DNA from: Candidatus Magasanikiibacteriota bacterium
GTDB taxonomy: Bacteria > Patescibacteriota > Patescibacteriia > Magasanikbacterales > UBA922
Assembly (NCBI GenBank): GCA_041665025.1
Contig: JBAYJP010000004.1
Coordinates: 26,311 to 90,310 of the forward strand
Length of the DNA: 64,000 bases
Reading direction: 5' to 3'
This document shows positions 7,878 to 17,571 of the stretch, in pieces; within the stretch, counting starts at the first letter, position 1; every line of letters starts with the position of its first letter. A model generated the notes under the pieces. That model was not told the origin of the DNA, did no database searches, and saw only the letters and a program-made list of their open reading frames with translations. A program made the translations under genes and the position numbers.

Positions 7878-10800
7878 ATGCGACCATATTTTTTGAAGAG
7901 CGTTGCTCAGATAAAGGCGCGCTTATCTTCAATACTTCGGGTACAAAGAAACCGCTATTTTGCCGGTATATTTTTTGTATTTTGTATTACCATCGGATTA
8001 TTGTTTGTATCTCCTTCAAAAGCAGTTGAAGGCGTGAGTTGGCTTGTCGAGGGAGCTTCGTGGATGATACTTGGTATTGCACAAATTTGTATTGCATTGA
8101 CCGTATTTTTCTTGCGGTTTTTTATCACGCTTGCCAGTTACAACAATTATATTGACACCGCTGTAGTACAGCTTGGCTGGACTATGGTGCGCGATGTTGC
8201 CAACATGTTTTTCGTAGTGGCGCTTCTTGTTATCGCTTTTGCTACCATTTTGGGACTCGAACAATATGAATGGAAAAAAGGCTTAGCAAAGCTCATCATG
8301 ATGGCGCTTTTTATTAATTTTAGCAATCTTATTGCGCAGCTCATTATTGATGTCGCGCATGTATTTACCATTACCTTTCTCAATGCAGTATCAGCTACAG
8401 CCGGCGGGAACCTGATAAACATGTTTCAATTGCAGAATATTACGAGCATGGTGTTAAGTTCTGATACATCCCAACTACAGTTTGGCACAACCCCCGAAGG
8501 AGCAAGTACTGCAGTATTTATTGGGGTTGTGGTTGCTGCGTTATTTGCGATCATGGCTGCAGTTGCTATGGGTTCGTATGTGGTCGTCATGGCTATACGC
8601 GTGGTCGTATTGTGGGCTTTGATTATTTTGTCTCCTTTGGCGTATTTGCTTGCTGCCATGCCAAAAGGAGAAAAATATGCACAGCAATGGTGGAGCGAAT
8701 TTAGCAAACATGTTCTTGTGGCTCCGGTTATGGTATTTTTTCTGTGGCTTGCATTTGCGACCCTTGGTTCAGGGCAGATTTTACAAGAAATTCAAAATAA
8801 TGATCCAGCAGTGGTGCGCTTGCAGCAGACAAATGAAGCTGCCTCTATCTCAATTACCAAAGTATCGACGTGGGAGAACATGGCAAATTATTTGATTGCC
8901 TTTTTCTTTCTTATGATGGGTATCAAGATGACACAAGAGACAGGGGCCCAAGGAGCTGGGCTTGTGGGCGGAGCAGCAAACTTTGGAAAGAAAGTTGCAA
9001 CTATTGCGACGGGGTATGCGGCGGGTAGGTGGTTGGCCGGGAAGGCTGGGAAAGGTGCCGTGGCAGGGCTTAAAGGTGCCGCATATTATATGCCGGGTGT
9101 TGGTGGAAGGAGAATTGAGACTGCGCTAAAAACAGCTAAAGCAAATATTAAAGCAGGGTGGTATCGTAAAGGTGCAGGTATAACCGGAAAGGGTGTGATG
9201 GCACAGTCAGCACAAGCTAAGAAGGCACAGGAACTTGAAGAAATTGAGACAAAATTAAAAGATGAGAGTCTTGATAAGGGTGAGCGAGCTAAACTTGAGG
9301 AACGTAAAACTCAATTAACCGAAGGACATGCGCTTAGTGATAAAGAGCGACAAGAAGCTGCAAATGAGGCAGAAAAAAAAGGCATAAAACAAGGTAAATC
9401 TGAAAAAGAAATAGCGAGTATGAAACGCGATGCTGTCATGGAAGCAGAATTGGACGCTATGGGTACCAAAGGACTTCACGAAGTGGTTGGACAAGAATCA
9501 AGCGGTAAGAAGCATGGGGTTATCGGGTGGCTCGCACGCCGTGATGTTTCTCGTATGAAACATCTGAAAAAATCAGAAGGCCAGGCAGAAACTTTGGAAA
9601 AGCTTGCGTTCAAACATATGGGTTCAGAAGCCGGGGGTCTCATATTCAACAAAAAAAGCGCACAAATAAATGCACAAGATCGTTGGGAGCGTGGTTTGCT
9701 TAAGGCTGAAGAACGCAGAAGCAAAGCAAAAGACACAGAATTCGAAACAAAAGGAGAAGAAGCAGGTCTACATGAATCAAGGATAAAGTTTATGCCATCA
9801 GGCAGTACAGACTGGAAAAATCAGGAGAAGATGACTATGGCAGACCAGATAGCGTCCCATGATAGGGGTGCAGGAGCAGCGCAAAAACGCATTGAATCAG
9901 TGCTCAAAACTGCTGATATAAAAATAGATGTGAGTGCGAGTATTGCTGCGAAAGGGTTGGATGTGGAACAAAAGGGCGTGAATGGACTGCTATTATCAGA
10001 TGAACAGGTAGCAATGGAGGAAAAAAAAGCAAAGGCTGAAGAGGATGAGAGGATAATTGTAAAAGAAGTAAACGATAAATACGAACCACAAAGAGACGGC
10101 CTGAAGAAAGAAATGAGAGACGCGGTAGATACTGACCCAGCAGTTGAAGCTGCACAAAAGGCGTTAGATGCATATAGAGAGGAGGGAGGAAAAAGAGACA
10201 AATACCTTGAAACTGAGGAGGGAAAGGCAGAACAAAAAGAACGTGAAGATTCGATTGACGCAAAACTAAAAGCAAATAAAGAATTAGCAGAAGCTATTCG
10301 TAAAGATCCTAATACAAATTTTTCTGATCCAGCTCTTGAGGCTTTGGGGCAAAAATTGAAAAATGCACAAGAGGCACGGAAAACAGCTTTGGTAGATGGA
10401 AATACAAAAGAGGCGACAAAACAAACTGATAACATAAATAAAATAGAAGAAGATATAAAAAAAGCAAAAGAAGATCGTGCAACATTTGAAAAAGAAGAAC
10501 AGAAAGAGCAGGACAGATTATCTTCTCGAAGAGCCATGAAAACAGACGAAGAAGAGCAGTTGGTAAAAGATGTCTCTACAAAGAGAAAAGCTGTTATGGA
10601 AGATGAACAAGGGAAATATAAACTCGCAAAAGCTGAACATGATAAGCTCGGAAAAAGCATGGAGGCAGAGATTGACGATAAAGCCAGAGCACCTCGCGAG
10701 GTGATACGTACGGAAAGACAAAAGTTGAGTGACTATTTGAATGGTAGAGACAAGGATAAAGAAAACCCGGACGGAAAGAAGAAAAAATGGGAAGAATCTC

Positions 10801-12914
10801 CTGAATATGTAGCAAGAAGGAAAGAATGGGCAAGAAAAACTGCAGATATTGAAGCGAAAGCCCGTTCGACAAAAGGTCTCGGAGGTACTATTGCGCAGTA
10901 TCAGCTCGATACGGTAACCGCGCGTAAAAAAGCTACACAAGCTCAGCTCCAACAGCATGCGCTCGGTCTGAATAGCGTGAGCGAATTGTTTGAGAGAATG
11001 GAAATAGAAGAGCAATTCGCGGCCGCAGCTGAAAAAATAAAAGAAGGAATAAAAAACAGTCATTTGACTGAAATATTTAAAAAGGGGACTAAAGAATTAG
11101 AAAAAGCTGCTGAAGCAATAGCAAAAGGCGCTGCGTCAGTGAAAGATGCGTACAAAAATATTGGCGCGGGGGCGCAAGCTATAAAAGCAGAAGTCGAATC
11201 AGAGTATCTTACAAGTCTGAGCCAGACACAGCGTCAGCGCACAAAAGATGAAGCAGACGACCAGTATTCTTTGCAAAGATTTGGGTTTGGTACACCGTCG
11301 ACCGCGTTTAAAAATCTTATTAAAAAAAGAATGGATGAGACGTTTACTGGCGTAGAGCGTGAACAGGCGGTTGTTATGGCAATGGGCTCTCTCTCGCATC
11401 TGATGTTGGCACAGGAAGGTGGCGAAGAATTAGACTTGGATCATCAGGCGCAGATGATGGCAAATGTCCAATATTTGGTCAAACAAGCATGGTCAGATGA
11501 TCTATTGGCTCATATTGTCAATAAGGTTAACGACAAGGATAAATTTACTGGAAAAGAAAAGCAAGAAGCCGAAATGTTAGGTAGAGTATTCGTAGATAAA
11601 TTACACTGGGGAACACGGACAGGTGAAGGCGAGAATCAAAAAGTAGTTATAGACAAAAATATTTCTGACAATCGGCGTACCAATGATTTGCACCGTTTGA
11701 CCGCTTATGCTGGAGATACAGATTTATTGCAGTCAGAAAATGCCGTTTTGCATCATAAAAAACAGATGGAAGCAGAGCGAGGTGATAAGGTCGGCTATAT
11801 GGAAGCTGTCAAGGATCTAGCTGAAAAGATTACGGAAGCTCGAAACATTGCTGGGGGTGCAGACGTTGACGTGGAGAAGTTGGGTGAGAGTTTAGGTTTG
11901 AAAGGAATAGCAACTGGCGGAGAAGAACTAAAAGCATTTATGAAGCGATTTGCGAGTGAAGCCAGAGGTGCTGCTGATGCGGTAAGTGAATTTGAAAAGG
12001 ACATTCGTAGTCATTCCGAAGCAAATGAGCTCATGGCTGATTACAAAAATTTGGCACTGCAAGTTGGCCACTTGGATGATGGTGGCCACACGTATTATGA
12101 TATGGGTGACAAGATAGCACGCGGTCATTTGGCTGACGATGCCATGGAGTTCGTTTTGTCTGATTGGCGTAAATTGAACAGTAGAGAGAGAGCACGTCGT
12201 CTCAAATCGCATTCAATTGGTCAAATGGATGAGGATTCAGGGACAATATACAAGGATGAACGCAACATAAAGGCAATACAGGAGACAATGCAAGGTTTAA
12301 CGCGACTTGTATTTTCAGATATTGATGGACGAACTAAAGATCACACGGCCGGAGGAGAAGCGGGAGAAACTTTTGAAACAAATGATGCAACAGGAGCTGC
12401 TATGATCGGAGCACAAAGCGGTACTATGTTTCAAAAAACATTCAAAGACGCGGAAAAAGCCAGAGCAAAACTCAAGATTTTTTTTGAATCACTGACAGAT
12501 GATGCAGAAAAGCTGCTTTTATCTAATTTTGGAATGACCTCAGCACAAATGAAAGCAAAAGCTGAAACAGATGAAATATTTGCTCGTCGTCTCGCGACAT
12601 TGACTCAAGTTGCTGATAATTATGCAGTAGATGCGATCGGCAGTTCTGATTTTTTGGCTGCTAGTATTGGAAGCAAGTCGGGTGTTGAATATGATCTAGC
12701 CGTCCAAGGTAAATTTAATGTTGATCTAGGAGATCAAGATTTGAGAGTTGAAGTAAAAAATGAAGATAAGTTGCTTGATTGGATATCCATGTTGAGAACA
12801 AACAGAACAACAGTTGATTTTGAAAGACAAAGAAAAGCGATTGAGAACAAATTTAAATTAAACAAGAGACCAAAACCAGATTCAAAAAAGGAAGATGACA
12901 ATGAACCACGATAA
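7878..12914 (+). CDS. Giant VirB6/TrbL-like membrane protein with a long coiled-coil C-terminus (1678 aa)
   Basis: GWTMVRDVANMFF..L..IAFATIL, LFINFS..I...IID, multiple TM helices, ILSPLAY...WWSEF; lies upstream of PrgI and VirB4. Confidence 0.7.
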   Translation: MRPYFLKSVAQIKARLSSILRVQRNRYFAGIFFVFCITIGLLFVSPSKAVEGVSWLVEGASWMILGIAQICIALTVFFLRFFITLASYNNYIDTAVVQLGWTMVRDVANMFFVVALLVIAFATILGLEQYEWKKGLAKLIMMALFINFSNLIAQLIIDVAHVFTITFLNAVSATAGGNLINMFQLQNITSMVLSSDTSQLQFGTTPEGASTAVFIGVVVAALFAIMAAVAMGSYVVVMAIRVVVLWALIILSPLAYLLAAMPKGEKYAQQWWSEFSKHVLVAPVMVFFLWLAFATLGSGQILQEIQNNDPAVVRLQQTNEAASISITKVSTWENMANYLIAFFFLMMGIKMTQETGAQGAGLVGGAANFGKKVATIATGYAAGRWLAGKAGKGAVAGLKGAAYYMPGVGGRRIETALKTAKANIKAGWYRKGAGITGKGVMAQSAQAKKAQELEEIETKLKDESLDKGERAKLEERKTQLTEGHALSDKERQEAANEAEKKGIKQGKSEKEIASMKRDAVMEAELDAMGTKGLHEVVGQESSGKKHGVIGWLARRDVSRMKHLKKSEGQAETLEKLAFKHMGSEAGGLIFNKKSAQINAQDRWERGLLKAEERRSKAKDTEFETKGEEAGLHESRIKFMPSGSTDWKNQEKMTMADQIASHDRGAGAAQKRIESVLKTADIKIDVSASIAAKGLDVEQKGVNGLLLSDEQVAMEEKKAKAEEDERIIVKEVNDKYEPQRDGLKKEMRDAVDTDPAVEAAQKALDAYREEGGKRDKYLETEEGKAEQKEREDSIDAKLKANKELAEAIRKDPNTNFSDPALEALGQKLKNAQEARKTALVDGNTKEATKQTDNINKIEEDIKKAKEDRATFEKEEQKEQDRLSSRRAMKTDEEEQLVKDVSTKRKAVMEDEQGKYKLAKAEHDKLGKSMEAEIDDKARAPREVIRTERQKLSDYLNGRDKDKENPDGKKKKWEESPEYVARRKEWARKTADIEAKARSTKGLGGTIAQYQLDTVTARKKATQAQLQQHALGLNSVSELFERMEIEEQFAAAAEKIKEGIKNSHLTEIFKKGTKELEKAAEAIAKGAASVKDAYKNIGAGAQAIKAEVESEYLTSLSQTQRQRTKDEADDQYSLQRFGFGTPSTAFKNLIKKRMDETFTGVEREQAVVMAMGSLSHLMLAQEGGEELDLDHQAQMMANVQYLVKQAWSDDLLAHIVNKVNDKDKFTGKEKQEAEMLGRVFVDKLHWGTRTGEGENQKVVIDKNISDNRRTNDLHRLTAYAGDTDLLQSENAVLHHKKQMEAERGDKVGYMEAVKDLAEKITEARNIAGGADVDVEKLGESLGLKGIATGGEELKAFMKRFASEARGAADAVSEFEKDIRSHSEANELMADYKNLALQVGHLDDGGHTYYDMGDKIARGHLADDAMEFVLSDWRKLNSRERARRLKSHSIGQMDEDSGTIYKDERNIKAIQETMQGLTRLVFSDIDGRTKDHTAGGEAGETFETNDATGAAMIGAQSGTMFQKTFKDAEKARAKLKIFFESLTDDAEKLLLSNFGMTSAQMKAKAETDEIFARRLATLTQVADNYAVDAIGSSDFLAASIGSKSGVEYDLAVQGKFNVDLGDQDLRVEVKNEDKLLDWISMLRTNRTTVDFERQRKAIENKFKLNKRPKPDSKKEDDNEPR

Positions 12915-12937
12915 AGTAGTTTCTCTAAATTTTTAGT

Positions 12938-14467
12938 ATGTTTAACCAATATATACAACCCCATTCACCTGATAACAGGAAGAAGATAGAGAAATTGCTT
13001 TCCCAATTATTTGGTTTGGTATCGTCGTGGTCAGACAAACCCTTGTCTGAAAATACTTTATGGGGCGGATTTAATATGTTGAGTGAAAATTTTGCTTCAG
13101 AAGAATTGATGCAAATAGAAGATGAAAAAGATGCTTGTTTTGCCAATAGTCTGTGTGGGTGTATAGATATAGTTGCGTTGGAATCGTTTGTAAAAGAATT
13201 GGAGAATATTGAACATGAAATAACACGCGGTTCTGTCCAAAATGAACATACGCAGATATCTGTCGCCCCGCTTTCACCTGAACTTGCGTCATGTATATCA
13301 GATGTCTCCATGGGTGATTCGTATGTAGCCAAGTTGAGAAATTACTTTTTCTCACTCATGCCATCGCAACAAAAACCATTTGTAGATCGTATAAATCATG
13401 CTCACATGATGTATACAGATGTGAAATTGTGGCTTATTCCCATAGCATCAGCCCTGTTAGCGCTCAATCCGCAAAAGAGGATTTTAAATTATAGTGAATT
13501 TGAAACAGCATTGAGCAATCTCGTACAGCATCCAACCGGAGAACGTGATGATTCGCTTATTGCATTATTTAGATATCTTGGTCAGTCTTTTTATGGCAGA
13601 GACGCGGAAGTCATGGAATGGGCCAGTGATTTTATGATGAATTTTGTTGTTGACGAAGAGGTATATGCGAGGCCGATTGATTATCTTTTGTTTGTAATAA
13701 GCACACATCTTGCATTTTTCAATTTTGCTGATGATCTCCAAGATGTCCAAGATATTTTGGTGCAGAAGAATTTTTTGAGTGCTTTGACTGTTGGCGTGCC
13801 TATAGAGAACATGATAAAAAAAGGCTTGGCCCAAGAATCTTTGTTACCGTATTATTTGACTCGCACATCGGGTCTTGCACAAGCTCTCGCACAGAATACC
13901 CAGACAGTTTTTTTGGATGCCACTCATAATACATTATCTATACAAGTTTTTCTCAGCGAGTATTCTGCTTTTGGCAAAGACAATTATTTGGATGGTTATA
14001 CACAGATGCAGTATGTTACTAATACGCTCAAACAATATGGTATTCCAGAAGCTATGAGGACATATCTTCATACCATATTGAGCATGTATATACATCTCAA
14101 TGAAGGAGATATTGTTGATTACAAAGGATTTTTGAGTGACGAAGGACTGGTAGAACAATATAATTGGAAGTCTGTGCTCGATCATGATATGACAGACGAA
14201 GAAATCAAAAAAGCAAAAGAATACTTAGCTATGGTACAGCGTCCGACTCGTGAAAAAATATATGCAGCAGTAGCGATACAGTCAGTCAATTGGAAAGAAG
14301 AGCCTTATCTTCATCGTGCATTACAAATCAATTCACTTTTTGAAGAAGCAAATGATATACACTGGTCTCCGCTTATATACTTTGATGAAAGAGAAAACGA
14401 TTGGAAATTAGACAAGGAATTGCCCGATATGTGGGGTGGCGGAGAAGATAATTCGAAGAAGGAGTAA
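12938..14467 (+). CDS. Hypothetical protein (509 aa)
   Basis: Long ORF co-oriented in the operon; no motif recognised. Confidence 0.75.
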   Translation: MFNQYIQPHSPDNRKKIEKLLSQLFGLVSSWSDKPLSENTLWGGFNMLSENFASEELMQIEDEKDACFANSLCGCIDIVALESFVKELENIEHEITRGSVQNEHTQISVAPLSPELASCISDVSMGDSYVAKLRNYFFSLMPSQQKPFVDRINHAHMMYTDVKLWLIPIASALLALNPQKRILNYSEFETALSNLVQHPTGERDDSLIALFRYLGQSFYGRDAEVMEWASDFMMNFVVDEEVYARPIDYLLFVISTHLAFFNFADDLQDVQDILVQKNFLSALTVGVPIENMIKKGLAQESLLPYYLTRTSGLAQALAQNTQTVFLDATHNTLSIQVFLSEYSAFGKDNYLDGYTQMQYVTNTLKQYGIPEAMRTYLHTILSMYIHLNEGDIVDYKGFLSDEGLVEQYNWKSVLDHDMTDEEIKKAKEYLAMVQRPTREKIYAAVAIQSVNWKEEPYLHRALQINSLFEEANDIHWSPLIYFDERENDWKLDKELPDMWGGGEDNSKKE

Positions 14468-14480
14468 TTTTTGTTTGGTT

Positions 14481-15707
14481 ATGTCAGTGCCAACATTCAT
14501 GGTAAAAAAACAAGATGGCACCCAAGTCAAAATGACATTGGACGAGTTTAAGGTATACCAACAGACACTAAAGCACTTGAGCACTAAAGCACTTGAGCAC
14601 AACGACCAACCTCTCAATCAGCCAGCTAAAGAAGTTGCAAAGAGTGATGACGTGCCAAAAGGAAAAATGGCTATAGTTGAAAAAAAGGAAATAAAACAAA
14701 AAAAAGAAGAATTGCCCATGGTATTGGGGACAGAAGCAGTGACAACGGTGAGTCCGGTGAAAGATGTATTTGTTGACGAAGCTAAATATGTACGAAATTC
14801 GAAAACTGCGAAAAATACGAAAGTAAACGAGAAAAATATTGTTGAAAAAGAGGTTAAAAAGCCTATTTCATTAGCTAAAGATGATTTTGTATCGTTATTA
14901 GAAGAAGATGAGGAAGATGTGCCTAAACCGCAAGGACAAGCAGTAACGATGAGTTCGTATGATGATGTGGTGAAAAAAATTATCACTGAAAGCGGAGTGC
15001 GTGTGCCCGCAGATCTGAAAGAGAGGCTTTCGTCGCTTATTTTGTCCTATATCAAACAAGTTCGTGATGAATACCAATTTATTGACTATGCAGATCGACC
15101 GGCACAAAGGGGAGGTGTGGGTTTGTCAAAAGATGATGCTTCAAAATTATTATCAATGATTAAAAAAACCAATACTCAGCCTGCTAAGCGTAGTTTAGAG
15201 ATTGTTACGGATTCTATTGTTACTAAACCCGCACAGAAAAGTTTGAATGTTATTACGGATTCCACCTCGGTTAGATCTATTGAACGAAGTCAAAAGATTA
15301 TTACGGATTCCGCTATTGATAAACCAATTGATATAGTACAGCCACGCAACGTGGTTCATGATATTGTCTCCATACCGCCTGAACAAAAAACAGTGGGACC
15401 AGAAGGAGAAATGAGTACGTTTGGATTATCAGATTTTCGTAGATTGGCCCGTGATCCTGCAAAAGCCCGCGACATGCTTTTTTCAAAGATTCAGGGGTGG
15501 AAAGCCGAGTCTTTTTTACTCTATATGAAAGCAGCACAGGCCTGGCACAAGAGTCCTCTCTATAGAGAATATCTTGACTTGACGGAGAATTCACTTAAAG
15601 AAAATACGCAAATTTCACAATTGTTGATCGAGCAAACAAAGGCTGGGGGGATGACATTTGGAGAATATAAAGAAATTGTTGAGTTGAATAGACAACTTAG
15701 TAACTAA
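14481..15707 (+). CDS. Hypothetical protein of the CPR T4SS-like cluster
   Basis: Long ORF; RPAQRGGVGL, VGPEGEM..F.L.DFRRL, AWHKSPLY motifs; start set at ATG 14481. Confidence 0.75.
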   Translation: MSVPTFMVKKQDGTQVKMTLDEFKVYQQTLKHLSTKALEHNDQPLNQPAKEVAKSDDVPKGKMAIVEKKEIKQKKEELPMVLGTEAVTTVSPVKDVFVDEAKYVRNSKTAKNTKVNEKNIVEKEVKKPISLAKDDFVSLLEEDEEDVPKPQGQAVTMSSYDDVVKKIITESGVRVPADLKERLSSLILSYIKQVRDEYQFIDYADRPAQRGGVGLSKDDASKLLSMIKKTNTQPAKRSLEIVTDSIVTKPAQKSLNVITDSTSVRSIERSQKIITDSAIDKPIDIVQPRNVVHDIVSIPPEQKTVGPEGEMSTFGLSDFRRLARDPAKARDMLFSKIQGWKAESFLLYMKAAQAWHKSPLYREYLDLTENSLKENTQISQLLIEQTKAGGMTFGEYKEIVELNRQLSN

Positions 15708-15719
15708 AAAATATTAAAA

Positions 15720-15797
15720 ATGTACGAAATTCGGAAACTACGAAATATTCGAAATACATTTTTTTCGTACCTTTCGCAGCTTTCGTATTTCGTACAT
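15720..15797. repeat. Family A tandem-inverted element
   Basis: atgtacgaaattcggaaactacgaaa...tttcgcagctttcgtatttcgtacat. Confidence 0.92.
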
Positions 15798-15805
15798 GAA
15801 TGTAT

Positions 15806-16231
15806 ATGCAACAGTTCGTCATTCCACAATTTATCGATGTCGAAGACAAGATTTTTGGGCCAATCACCACACGTCAGTTTTTGATTTTGCTTGTGGCCGG
15901 CATTTGTATATTTTTATCCTACCGTTTTGCTGATCTTGCGTTGTTTATTGTCGTACTTGCCGTCATGGGGGGCTTGGCATTAGTGTTCGCATTTGTTAAA
16001 ATTAACGGACAGACGTTTCATTATTTTTTGTTAAATATTATTCAGACCTTGCGCAAGCCATCTTTGAGGATTTGGAGAAAATTTTATCATAAAAAAGAAT
16101 TAGAATTTTTGAGAAAACAAGTAACTGAAGAAAAAATTATTGAAGAAAAGGCAAAGCCCGTGCACAGAGAGAGAATTAGAGATTTGGCTCTGCTTGTTAA
16201 TACTGGTGGTTTTTATAAGCCAGAAGAATAA
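15806..16231 (+). CDS. PrgI family protein (VirB3-like)
   Basis: MQQFVIPQFIDVEDKIFGPITTRQF, two TM helices, P.LRIW.K. Confidence 0.88.
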   Translation: MQQFVIPQFIDVEDKIFGPITTRQFLILLVAGICIFLSYRFADLALFIVVLAVMGGLALVFAFVKINGQTFHYFLLNIIQTLRKPSLRIWRKFYHKKELEFLRKQVTEEKIIEEKAKPVHRERIRDLALLVNTGGFYKPEE

Positions 16232-16316
16232 TTATGTACGAAATACGAAAACTACGAAATATTCGAAATACATTTTTTTCGTACCTTTCGCAGCTTTCGT
16301 ATTTCGTACATAATAT
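16229..16316. repeat. Family A tandem-inverted element (22-bp perfect terminal IR including the prgI stop codon)
   Basis: taattatgtacgaaatacgaaa ... tttcgtatttcgtacataatta. Confidence 0.93.
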
Positions 16317-16322
16317 TATGTT

Positions 16323-16739
16323 ATGGACCAAGGAGGTAAACAATATACGCTAAGAAGAAATGATTTGATATATCCAGAATTGAGTTTTAAGATTAGTGGT
16401 GTTCTATTTAATGTGTTTAAACAGTTGGGCGGAGGTCATGAAGAAAAATACTACGAGAAAGCAGTGTCTATCGGTTTTACTAAAGGACAGATAAAGTTTA
16501 ACCGCCAATATTATGTTCCTCTAACGTATGAGGGTGAACATATTGGTAAATATTACTTAGATTTTTTAGTAGAGGGTAAGATAATATTGGAATTAAAAAG
16601 AGGAAAATATTTAAATGCACGTCTTATAGATCAGGTAACTAAATATTTGGAAACTTTAAAGTTACAATTGGCAATTATTGCATGTTTTACGAGCAATGGT
16701 GTAATAATAAAACGTATTATAAATCATAACATGCTGTAA
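16323..16739 (+). CDS. GxxExxY protein (PD-(D/E)XK nuclease-like)
   Basis: LGGGHEEKYYE, YYLDFLVEGKIILELK, QVTKYL. Confidence 0.9.
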   Translation: MDQGGKQYTLRRNDLIYPELSFKISGVLFNVFKQLGGGHEEKYYEKAVSIGFTKGQIKFNRQYYVPLTYEGEHIGKYYLDFLVEGKIILELKRGKYLNARLIDQVTKYLETLKLQLAIIACFTSNGVIIKRIINHNML

Positions 16740-16744
16740 TACAC

Positions 16745-16779
16745 TTTCGAAATTTCGTAGCTTTCGAATTTCGTACATA
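16745..16779. repeat. Family A right arm only
   Basis: tttcgaaatttcgtagctttcgaatttcgtacata between the GxxExxY stop and the next ATG (16783). Confidence 0.88.
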
Positions 16780-16782
16780 TAT

Positions 16783-17469
16783 ATGGATGATAAAGTCAAA
16801 CAAAAAAAGAGTAATTCCAAGCCGAGCACACAGGCCCATCTTCCTATTGCAGAAATACGGGAAGGTGTGGTGGTCTTGAAAGATGGAACATTGCGCGCGG
16901 TTCTCATGACCTCGAGTATTAATTTTGCGTTGAAATCAGAAGATGAACAGAATGCTCTTATTTCTTCGTATGTAGGATTTCTCAATTCTCTCGATTTTCC
17001 TGTGCAAATTGTCATCCAGTCGCGCCGATTGCAGATTAAGCCATATTTGGAGAAGCTTTCCACGCTCGAACGAGAGCAGAAAAACGAATTACTGCGTGTG
17101 CAAATTGCCGATTATCGTGCATTTATTGAGGAGTTGGTAGACATTGGAAAAATTATGACAAAAAAATATCTCGTAGTAGTCCCATATGATCCTATTTCAA
17201 ATAGCAAAAAGAGTTTTTGGTCTCGATTTAAAGAGGTAATAAAACCGGCTATTTCGTTGAGGCTTAAAAATGATCGTTTTCAAAAACGAAGGCAAGATTT
17301 GGATATGAGAGTCCGGCAAGTCGAAGGCGGCCTTTCATCTATGGGACTCCAAGTGGTCCAACTTGATACACAAGCGCTCATTGAATTGTATTACAGCACC
17401 TACAATCCCGATATTTCTTTTGCAGAGACCCTAGGAGATATTGATAAACAACAAGTAGAAACCATTTAA
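16783..17469 (+). CDS. Conserved CPR T4SS-cluster protein (VirB4/TraC N-terminal-like)
   Basis: STQAHLPIAEIREGVVVLKDG, SSINFALKSEDEQ, FLNSLDFPVQI, LIELYYSTYNP. Confidence 0.75.
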   Translation: MDDKVKQKKSNSKPSTQAHLPIAEIREGVVVLKDGTLRAVLMTSSINFALKSEDEQNALISSYVGFLNSLDFPVQIVIQSRRLQIKPYLEKLSTLEREQKNELLRVQIADYRAFIEELVDIGKIMTKKYLVVVPYDPISNSKKSFWSRFKEVIKPAISLRLKNDRFQKRRQDLDMRVRQVEGGLSSMGLQVVQLDTQALIELYYSTYNPDISFAETLGDIDKQQVETI

Positions 17470-17564
17470 TTATGTACGAATTAATTATGTACGAAATACG
17501 AAAACTACGAAATATCCGAAATACATTTTTTTCGTACCTTTCGCAGCTTTCGTATTTCGAACAT
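17467..17564. repeat. Family A tandem-inverted element with a duplicated left end
   Basis: taattatgtacgaa-t-taattatgtacgaaatacgaaaactacg...tttcgcagctttcgtatttcgaacat. Confidence 0.9.
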
Positions 17565-17571
17565 ATCTATT

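Noticed and set aside
9821-11063. Long antisense ORFs opposite the coiled-coil gene (similar ones lie opposite virB4, smc and the giant adhesin)
   Set aside because: They are Ser/Phe/Leu-rich shadows of Glu/Lys-rich sense codons, with no motifs.
15180-15320. Threefold repeat ttacggattc ((V/I)TDS) in the hypothetical gene
   Set aside because: It is an ordinary internal protein repeat with codon-phase spacing and is unrelated to the tandem-inverted families.
15720-17564. Near-identical repeats as a CRISPR array
   Set aside because: The units are ~78-bp palindromes separated by whole genes rather than 30-40-nt spacers, and there are no cas genes.
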